A DNA stretch of 64,000 bases from Acidobacteriota bacterium. GTDB taxonomy: Bacteria; Acidobacteriota; UBA890; WLXD01. Positions 57,057 to 64,000 of the stretch are shown here, piece after piece. The position numbers and the translations under genes were made by a program. The notes beneath the pieces are model-generated. The model did no database searches. It was given only the letters and a program-made list of their open reading frames with translations, and was not told the DNA's origin. The stretch lies in assembly GCA_965248695.1 (NCBI GenBank), contig CBDFKD010000002.1, positions 5,344,001 through 5,408,000 of the forward strand, in the 5' to 3' direction. The number at the start of each line of letters is the position of its first letter. Within the stretch, counting starts at the first letter, position 1.

Positions 57057-57980
57057 TCATTCCTTCTCTCGGCGTGGATCGTACGGGTGCTCGTCGCGCA
57101 ATTGCCGCATCACCTGCAGCATCGACTCGTCGAGGGTGGTCGGCAGGGCAATCGACACCTTGGCCATGAGATCGCCCGCCCCACCGGTAGCGCGCGGCGC
57201 GCCCCTGCCACTCACACGAAATACCTGTCCGTTTACCGTCCCGGCGGGAAGATTGATCGCAGTGGTGCCATCGAGAGTCGGAACCTTGACGTGCCCACCG
57301 AGCGCGGCCTCGTAGATCGTGACCGGTAGATCGGTGTGCAGATCGTCGCCGACGAGACGAAACTGCGGGTGGCTGGCGATGCCGACCTCGACGTACAGGT
57401 CGCCACTCCCGCCGCCATTCGAGCCGGCCGCTCCCTTGCCTCGCACGCGCACTTTGGTCCCGGGGCGCACCCCGGCGGGAATACGCACCCGCGTGCGGCA
57501 AGCCTTGCCGTTGTCCGCCCGGTAGCTGATGACGCGCTCCGCGCCGTTGATCGCGTCCTCGAGACCGAGGTCGACACGCACCTGGACATCGCGCCCGCGG
57601 GAGGGAGGTGCTTGACGAGGGCGCGGGCCACCGAAGGGGCCACTCGAGCCCAGGCCACCGAGCAGGTCCTCGATGTTGAATCCACCGACCGAGAAACCTC
57701 CGCCGCCGAAGAACTGGCCGAACTGCTCCGAGAACCCCGAAGCGTCGAAGTCACGCGCGAACGCCTCGTGACCGACCTGGTCGTATTTCTTCCGCCGCTC
57801 AGCCTCCCCGACGACATGGTAGGCCTCCGAGATCTCCTTGAACCGATCCTCGGCCTTGGCATCGCCCGGGTTGACATCGGGGTGCCACTTGCGCGCCAGT
57901 TTCCGATAGGCGCGCTTGATCTCTTCGGCGGTTGCCGTCTTCGCGACGCCGAGAACAGCGTAGTAGTCCTTGCGAGCCAT
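57057..57980 (-). CDS. DnaJ class II chaperone (CbpA-like, no zinc finger)
   Basis: DYYAVLGV, HPD motif, G/F-rich region, DnaJ C-terminal domain; no CxxCxGxG repeats. Confidence 0.92.
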   Translation of the reverse strand: MARKDYYAVLGVAKTATAEEIKRAYRKLARKWHPDVNPGDAKAEDRFKEISEAYHVVGEAERRKKYDQVGHEAFARDFDASGFSEQFGQFFGGGGFSVGGFNIEDLLGGLGSSGPFGGPRPRQAPPSRGRDVQVRVDLGLEDAINGAERVISYRADNGKACRTRVRIPAGVRPGTKVRVRGKGAAGSNGGGSGDLYVEVGIASHPQFRLVGDDLHTDLPVTIYEAALGGHVKVPTLDGTTAINLPAGTVNGQVFRVSGRGAPRATGGAGDLMAKVSIALPTTLDESMLQVMRQLRDEHPYDPRREKE

Positions 57981-58032
57981 CTAGCAAGCCGTGGTGAAAG
58001 GGCGGTGGGTCATGAGGTCAGCCCTGCCCATT

Positions 58033-60654
58033 CTAGGCCGCTGCGTCAGCGGTGACAGCGTCGGCCACCTTGCGGAACGCGAGCACGGACGTCGTCGGGT
58101 CAGCATCCACCCGCACCCGATCACCTTCGGTGTATTCGCCCGACAGGATGGCCTGCGCCAGCGGGTTCTCGACGAGTTGTCGAATGACACGCTTGAGTGG
58201 ACGAGCCCCGTACGCCGGATCATAGCCCCGCTCCGCCAGCAGCGCTTCGGCGGCGGTGGTGAACTCGATGTCGAGATTGCGCTCCGCCACCCGCATCGCC
58301 AGCTGGTCGAGCTGAATGCGCACGATCTCCCGTAGATGCGCTGCCGATAGCACCGAGAAGACGATGGTCTCGTCGACGCGGTTGACGAATTCCGGGCGGA
58401 ACGTTTGCCGGACGGCGTCCATGACAGCCGCCTCGACCCTCTCGATCCCTATCTCGTCGACCCGTTGTAGGTGTTCGCTGCCGAGATTCGAGGTCATGAT
58501 GATGACGCTGTTCGAGAAGTCGACGGTGCGTCCCTTGCCGTCAGTCAACCGACCGTCATCGAGGATCTGGAGAAGGATGTTAAAGACGTCGGCATGTGCC
58601 TTCTCGATCTCGTCGAGCAGAATGACCGAGTACGGACGACGGCGAACCGCCTCGGTCAGGAAGCCACCCTCCTCGTGCCCGACATAGCCCGGCGGCGCCC
58701 CGATCATGCGTGCTACGGTGTGGCGCTCCATGTACTCCGTCATGTCGAGTCGAATCATGGCCTCGTCGCTATCGAACATGAACTCCGCCAGTGCCTTCGC
58801 CAACTCGGTCTTGCCGACGCCGGTCGGACCGAGGAACATGAAGGATCCGTACGGACGACCGGGCTCCTGCAATCCGGCGCGGGCGCGGCGGATAGCGTCC
58901 GATACGGCGGCTACAGCCGTCTCTTGTCCGACCACGCGTCGGTGAAGACGAGCCTCCATCTCGAGTAGCTTCTCGACCTCCCCTTCGATCAGCTTGCTGA
59001 CCGGAATGCCGGTCCACCGCGACACAACGCCGGCGACGTCCTCGGCGTCGACTTCCTCCTTGAGCATCGCGTTGCCGTCGCCGTGCAGTTCCTCCAGCCG
59101 ACGATGCGACGTCTCGAGCTCCGCCTCTGCATCGCGAACGACGCCGTAGCGCAGCTCCGCGGCGCGCGCCAGATCACCGTCGCGCTCGGCGCGATCCGCC
59201 TCGGTGCGCGCCTCCTCGATCCGCCGCTTGAGCTCCTGGATGCCACGCACGTGTCGGACCTCGTCGTCCCACCGCGCCCGCAGGTCTTCGTGCTCTGCCG
59301 CCAGGACGCCGAGATCTTCCTCGAGCACGCTCAGACGTTCACGGGAAGCATCGTCGTCTTCGTTGCGCAGCGCCTCACGCTCGATCTCCATCTGGCGGCG
59401 GCGGCGTTCGATCTCGTCCAACGGGGCCGGCATGCTATCGATCTCCACGCGCAGGAGCGCTCCGGCCTCATCCATCAAATCGATCGCCTTGTCCGGCAAG
59501 AATCGGTCGCTGATATAGCGATGAGAAAGCGTCGCCGCGGCGATCAGCGCGGCGTCACGAATCCGTACGCCGTGGTGAACCTCGTAACGTTCCTTCAGAC
59601 CTCGGAGGATCGAGATGGTTTCTGCTACGCCGGGCTCTTCGACCCGCACCGGCTGGAACCGCCGCTCGAGCGCCGGGTCTTTCTCGACGTGCTTTCGGTA
59701 CTCGTTCAACGTCGTGGCACCGATCGCGTGCAGCTCTCCCCGCGCCAGGGCCGGCTTCAACATGTTGGACGCATCAACGGATCCCTCAGAGGCACCGGCT
59801 CCGACCACGGTGTGCAGCTCATCGATGAACAGGATCACATCGGCGGCCTCGGTGACCTCCCGTAGGAACGCCTTGAGCCGATCCTCGAACTCGCCGCGGT
59901 ACTTGGCCCCAGCCAGCATTGCGCCGAGATCCAGGCTAATCATGCGTCGGTCTTTCAAGGTCTCCGGGACGTCTCCGTTGACGATGCGCTGCGCCAGACC
60001 TTCGACGATGGCCGTCTTGCCCACTCCGGGCTCGCCGATCAAGACCGGGTTGTTCTTGGTCCGTCGCGACAGCACCTGCACCGCACGGCGAATCTCCTCG
60101 TCACGACCGATCACAGGGTCGAGCTTGCCGCGGCGCGCGGAGGCGGTGAGATCCACGCCGTATTGACCGATGGCGTCGTACTTATCCTCGGGGTTGGGAT
60201 CGGTGACGCGCATCGATCCCCGCACTTTCTGCAGCGCCGTGAACAGCTCGTCGCGGCCGACGCCGCGCCCGGTGAGCAGATCGGCCGCCTTGCCCCCAGA
60301 CCCGAGGAGTCCCAGTAGCAAGTGCTCTGTGGAGACGAACCGATCCTCTAGCTGATCGGCTTCGGTGTGGGCCGCCTCGAAAGCCGCGCTGGTCGTTGGC
60401 TCGAGGTACGGCTCGACGTTGCCGCCGGTCACCCGTGGGCGGAGCTCGGCCTCCTGCAGGGCGGCGTGGTGCATTGCGTCCGGATCGCTTCCGAGCCGCT
60501 GCAGGACGGTACGCACGACGCTGTCCGTCGGCTCAAGCAAAGCCACCAGCAGATGCAGGCCGGCGATCCCCTGGTGCTCCATGGACTGCGCCAGCGTTCG
60601 GGCGCGTTGCGCAGCCTCCTGCGCCTTCACGGTAAACCTGTCGAAACGAATCAT
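58033..60654 (-). CDS. clpB: Chaperone/disaggregase ClpB
   Basis: Two AAA modules ([16 protein letters not shown]), coiled-coil M domain (AAELRYG), YGARPLKR. Confidence 0.97.
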   Translation of the reverse strand: MIRFDRFTVKAQEAAQRARTLAQSMEHQGIAGLHLLVALLEPTDSVVRTVLQRLGSDPDAMHHAALQEAELRPRVTGGNVEPYLEPTTSAAFEAAHTEADQLEDRFVSTEHLLLGLLGSGGKAADLLTGRGVGRDELFTALQKVRGSMRVTDPNPEDKYDAIGQYGVDLTASARRGKLDPVIGRDEEIRRAVQVLSRRTKNNPVLIGEPGVGKTAIVEGLAQRIVNGDVPETLKDRRMISLDLGAMLAGAKYRGEFEDRLKAFLREVTEAADVILFIDELHTVVGAGASEGSVDASNMLKPALARGELHAIGATTLNEYRKHVEKDPALERRFQPVRVEEPGVAETISILRGLKERYEVHHGVRIRDAALIAAATLSHRYISDRFLPDKAIDLMDEAGALLRVEIDSMPAPLDEIERRRRQMEIEREALRNEDDDASRERLSVLEEDLGVLAAEHEDLRARWDDEVRHVRGIQELKRRIEEARTEADRAERDGDLARAAELRYGVVRDAEAELETSHRRLEELHGDGNAMLKEEVDAEDVAGVVSRWTGIPVSKLIEGEVEKLLEMEARLHRRVVGQETAVAAVSDAIRRARAGLQEPGRPYGSFMFLGPTGVGKTELAKALAEFMFDSDEAMIRLDMTEYMERHTVARMIGAPPGYVGHEEGGFLTEAVRRRPYSVILLDEIEKAHADVFNILLQILDDGRLTDGKGRTVDFSNSVIIMTSNLGSEHLQRVDEIGIERVEAAVMDAVRQTFRPEFVNRVDETIVFSVLSAAHLREIVRIQLDQLAMRVAERNLDIEFTTAAEALLAERGYDPAYGARPLKRVIRQLVENPLAQAILSGEYTEGDRVRVDADPTTSVLAFRKVADAVTADAAA

Positions 60655-60668
60655 GTCGAGGGTCCTCC

Positions 60669-61304
60669 TCAGCCGCGCCGATCTCGCCGCTCATGTGGCG
60701 ACGAGAAGGGCTCCCGGTTCAGATCACGCACCACCGATGCCACACGCCCGATCACCTCGATGTCGGCGCCAGCGTCGAAGCGGCCAATCAACGGCACCGC
60801 CGCTCGACGACCTCCTGCCATCTCCAGCAGAAGGACGCGGCGAGACTGGATGCCCAGCAAAAGGTCTCCTCGGCGATGCTCGGCGCCGCAGTCGACCACT
60901 AGCAGATCGCCTTGCAGGATCCCGCGGGAGACCAGCGAGTCGGCGCGCACCTGCACCGCCACCGCGTCAGGTCCTACCAGCCTGCCGTCCACATACAGCT
61001 CGCGTCCGCTACGCCGCGTGAGGCCGCCCTCAGACGGAACCTCGGCGACCACCGGAACCGCGACTGACCGGCGCCCAGCCGTCGGACGTGCGAGGCGCGC
61101 CAGTTCGATGCCGCGCGACGCGCCGGGACGGCGGCGTATGAACCCCTTGCGCTCGATCGCCTTGAGGTGATCGGAGATCCCGGCCGCCGATGTCAGGCCA
61201 AAAGCCCCGGCAATCTCCATCAGCGTTGGTGGGATGCCGTTCAGGCGCACCTGACCGACGATGAAGTCGTAGATCGCGCGCTGTCGTCGGGTGAGCGGCA
61301 TCAT
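60669..61304 (-). CDS. LexA-like transcriptional repressor with degenerate S24 peptidase domain
   Basis: Intact LexA DNA-binding domain (LTRRQRAIYDFI..GIPPTLMEIAGAFG..HLKAIERKGFIRR..SRGI); C-domain lacks the Ala-Gly site and the catalytic Lys. Confidence 0.85.
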   Translation of the reverse strand: MMPLTRRQRAIYDFIVGQVRLNGIPPTLMEIAGAFGLTSAAGISDHLKAIERKGFIRRRPGASRGIELARLARPTAGRRSVAVPVVAEVPSEGGLTRRSGRELYVDGRLVGPDAVAVQVRADSLVSRGILQGDLLVVDCGAEHRRGDLLLGIQSRRVLLLEMAGGRRAAVPLIGRFDAGADIEVIGRVASVVRDLNREPFSSPHERRDRRG

Positions 61305-61374
61305 CTGCCCGGTCCTCGCATCGAGATTCGGCCGTAGCTAACGGCCGGTTCAGGTGGGGGCTGGAAACGAGACC

Positions 61375-61419
61375 ATTATACCGAAATAACTTACGGTATA
61401 CAAGAAATTCTTTCGGTAT
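61375..61419 (-). promoter_or_regulatory. Sigma70-type promoter TTGTAT-N17-TATAAT overlapped by operator palindrome TATACCG-N10-CGGTATA
   Basis: On the minus strand, -35 at 61403-61398 and -10 at 61380-61375; palindrome 61377-61400; third half-site CGGTAT 61414-61419. Confidence 0.8.
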
Positions 61420-61486
61420 CCCTGGCAGACCGCAAAAGCGTCGCCGATTTGTCGGAGATGGGGCTCCCGCCCTCGTGTCCCGAGCT

Positions 61487-62146
61487 CTAGATGGCGGCCG
61501 ACTGATCCTGCGGCCAGGGACATACGTCGGCCAGCACACACCCCTCGCAGTCGGGCTTGCGCGCCTTGCAGGTGTAGCGGCCATGCCAGATGTAGAGACG
61601 CGAGATGTCGCGCCAGCGGTTCTCTGGATACAGCTCCCCGAGCCGTTGCTCGATCTTCACGGGATCCGACTCGGCGGTCAGGCCCAGTCGCTGGCTAACA
61701 CGCCGGCAATGCGTATCGACCGCTATCCCCGGGAGCCCGAAGGCACCGGCGCGCACGACGTTCGCCGTCTTGCGCCCTACGCCTGGCAGCGCCGTGAGCT
61801 CTTCCATCTCGCGGGGCACTTCGCCGCCGTGCAGCTCCACCAGCATGGCGCAGCAACCCTGGACGCTCTTGGTCTTCTGACGGAAGAAGCCCGTGCTGCG
61901 CAGCTCCTCCTCGAGGTCGTCGCGCGACGCCTCCGCCAGCGACGCGGCGTCCGGGTACTTGCGGAACAGTCCCGGCGTGACTTGATTGACGCGCTTGTCC
62001 GTCGATTGCGCCGACAGAATCGTCGCAATCAGCAGCTGTAGCGGGCCGTCGAAGTCGAGCTCGACGCGCGCCTCCGGGTACCGTTGCTCGAGTCGATCCA
62101 GGATTTCCGCGGCGCGAACCTGGCTCTCTCTTCGGCGCGCCGTCAC
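61487..62146 (-). CDS. nth: Endonuclease III
   Basis: ILSAQSTD, LPGVGRKTANV, VDTH, CKARKPDCEGCVLADVC [4Fe-4S] motif. Confidence 0.96.
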   Translation of the reverse strand: MTARRRESQVRAAEILDRLEQRYPEARVELDFDGPLQLLIATILSAQSTDKRVNQVTPGLFRKYPDAASLAEASRDDLEEELRSTGFFRQKTKSVQGCCAMLVELHGGEVPREMEELTALPGVGRKTANVVRAGAFGLPGIAVDTHCRRVSQRLGLTAESDPVKIEQRLGELYPENRWRDISRLYIWHGRYTCKARKPDCEGCVLADVCPWPQDQSAAI

Positions 62147-62943
62147 CCCGCCCCTCCTGCCGCCTCCTGCGCCGAGGTGCTGATCCGCACCGCGGTGGTA
62201 AGCAGTTGGGTGTGACCCACCATGCGATGAGCCGGACGCGTCTTCCCGGGCCGAGCGAGGATTTCTCGTACCAGGACCTCCACTGTTTCGACCATGCCGA
62301 AACCGTGCTCCGGCAGCGCCCCGGCGAGCCGCTCGACCTGGTTGAAGGTTGGTGTGCCGGCCGCGAACCTGCCGCTGCCGCGCAACGATGCGGCAATCGC
62401 AGCGAGCTCGACCCAGGGCTCGGGCACGTCTGTGAAAACGGCGTCGACGTCGGGCTCCAGCTCATCGCCCGCCTGTCGCAGACGGAAGTCGAGCCCCTCT
62501 TCGATACCAGCTGCCGTGGTGTTGTCGCGCGCGAGCTCCAGGAACTCAGGCCGGCGGTCGTAGGAGTACACCATTCCGCCGGGTGCCACCGCCTCTGACA
62601 GGGCAATGGTCATCGCCCCCGATCCCGAGCCGATCTCGATCACTCTGGCGCCGGCGCGCAGGTCGAGCGCTGCGACGAGGAACGCGACGTCCTTCGGATA
62701 CATGATGTTGGTGCGCCGGTGCACCTTCATCATGCGGTCGATCCACCGAGGTCGAAGAAGCAGGAGGCTCGCCCCGGTGTTGGTCAACAGCACGTCTCCC
62801 CACGCCCGCCCGATAACGTCATCGTGCTCCATGGCCCCCTTGTGCGTGGAGTGTCGCTGGCCGGTTTGCAGGCGCAACAGGAACGTCTTTCCGTCCTCGA
62901 GCGTGACGAGCACCTGATCGCCAGGACGGATCGTGTCGGTCAA
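62143..62943 (-). CDS. trmI: tRNA (adenine-N1) m1A58 methyltransferase (TrmI/GCD14 family)
   Basis: IMYPKD, EIGSGSG, DVPEPW, NQV, TRPAHRMVGHT. Confidence 0.9.
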   Translation of the reverse strand: MTDTIRPGDQVLVTLEDGKTFLLRLQTGQRHSTHKGAMEHDDVIGRAWGDVLLTNTGASLLLLRPRWIDRMMKVHRRTNIMYPKDVAFLVAALDLRAGARVIEIGSGSGAMTIALSEAVAPGGMVYSYDRRPEFLELARDNTTAAGIEEGLDFRLRQAGDELEPDVDAVFTDVPEPWVELAAIAASLRGSGRFAAGTPTFNQVERLAGALPEHGFGMVETVEVLVREILARPGKTRPAHRMVGHTQLLTTAVRISTSAQEAAGGAG

Positions 62944-63139
62944 AGCTGGAGGCTCCTGAGACGGTCGGTATCCCGTACGCGGGAGAAGCGGTCGCGGCGC
63001 GAGAAGGCCGCGGCGCGCGCACCGAGAAGGCGGTGCGGCGGCTACTGTAGCATGCAGGTTCGGCGCCCCAAGAGGCCCTCGCGATCGCGACGCCGAGTGC
63101 TATGCTCGAGTACCCTCGTCACCCGATCCGGAGATTGGC

Positions 63140-64000
63140 ATGCCCGACCTGGTCGCCCCCCTCGGCGGCCTGATTCTGCTGCTCGGCTTGTCCGGCTTCT
63201 TCTCCAGCGCCGAGACCGCGCTAATGGCCGTCAGCCGATATCGGTTGCGCTATCTCGAGCGGCGCGGGGTGCGGAACGCCGATGTCGTGCGGCGCCTGAT
63301 CGAGTCGCCCGAAGGGCTTCTCGCTGCCATCCTGCTGGGCAACAACTTCGTCAACATCGCCGCCTCGGCCCTGGCGACGGCGATCGCCATCCAGGCCGTC
63401 GGTGACAACGGCATCTGGGCCGCCACGGTTGTGATGACGGCGGCGATCCTCATCTTCTCGGAGATCGCACCGAAGACCATCGCGGCCCGCAATCCGGAAC
63501 GGTTGGCGTTGATCGTGGCGCGACCGATTCAACTGACGGTGCGACTCTTGCGTCCGTTCGCCAGCTCAGCGGCCGCCGTCGCTGGTCTGGTGATCCGCCC
63601 GTTGGTGGGCCCGGCGACCGGCGTTCCGGTGGTCTCCGAGGAGGACATCAAGGGCATGCTGGAGCTCGGCGAGGAAGAACGTGTCATTGCGCGCGAGAAA
63701 CGGCGCATGTTGTCGAGCATCTTCAGCCTTACGGAGACCACTATCGAAGACGTGCTGATTCCGCGCACGCAGGTGAAGTCGATAGCCATCGACGCTACGC
63801 CGGTGGAGGTGCTGGAGGCGATCCGTGAATCCGGGGCGACCCGCCTCCCCGTGTATCGCGGCAGCCTCGACGACGTGGTCGGCATGCTGCATTCGAAGGA
63901 TGTTTTTCAGTACTGGGAACGCATCGGTGACCTCGACATCGAAGCGATCATGCGCAAACCGGTCTACGTCCCGGAAACGGCAACTCTCGAGACGCTGCTG
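63140..64000 (+). CDS. CNNM/DUF21-CBS domain (hemolysin/CorC family) transporter, 3' truncated by window edge
   Basis: Manual translation: MPDLVAPLGGLILLLGLSGFFSSAETALMAVSRYRLR, ILLGNNFVNI, FSEIAPKT, TRLPVY; missing from the ORF track because there is no stop in the window. Confidence 0.9.
   Translation, partial: MPDLVAPLGGLILLLGLSGFFSSAETALMAVSRYRLRYLERRGVRNADVVRRLIESPEGLLAAILLGNNFVNIAASALATAIAIQAVGDNGIWAATVVMTAAILIFSEIAPKTIAARNPERLALIVARPIQLTVRLLRPFASSAAAVAGLVIRPLVGPATGVPVVSEEDIKGMLELGEEERVIAREKRRMLSSIFSLTETTIEDVLIPRTQVKSIAIDATPVEVLEAIRESGATRLPVYRGSLDDVVGMLHSKDVFQYWERIGDLDIEAIMRKPVYVPETATLETLL

Overview
GC-rich (roughly two-thirds GC by eye) bacterial chromosomal segment, densely coding, with no tRNA, rRNA, CRISPR array or intact mobile element that I can support. 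The fused LptF/LptG gene, the Ig-VWA protein and the miaB-DUF151-parA-parB order suggest Acidobacteriota (inference). Most genes are housekeeping: holA, rpsT, murJ, dtd, xerD, tRNA nucleotidyltransferase, metK, rnz, etfBA, ATP-dependent ligase, rho, lemA, UvrD/PcrA, sppA, greA, polX, fixCX, parAB, miaB, tsaC, rarA, lon, dnaJ-like, clpB, nth and trmI. Two loci stand out. (1) A LexA paralog that has lost the Ala-Gly cleavage site and the catalytic Lys heads a clpB-dnaJ-lon gene string, and a TATACCG-N10-CGGTATA palindrome lies exactly over its TTGTAT-17-TATAAT promoter. This is a candidate RecA-independent regulator of protein quality control. (2) An origin-like locus with no dnaA nearby (46420-48344) combines an AT-rich tract with tandem DnaA boxes, an unknown winged-helix gene, about 1 kb of palindrome-rich non-coding DNA, and a non-canonical 16-bp parS-like palindrome next to a ParB with an altered recognition helix. 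Also notable: a probably polymerase-dead PolX, an M1 pseudo-peptidase-Ig-VWA fusion, an orphan AbiEi antitoxin and a probable ATC start codon.
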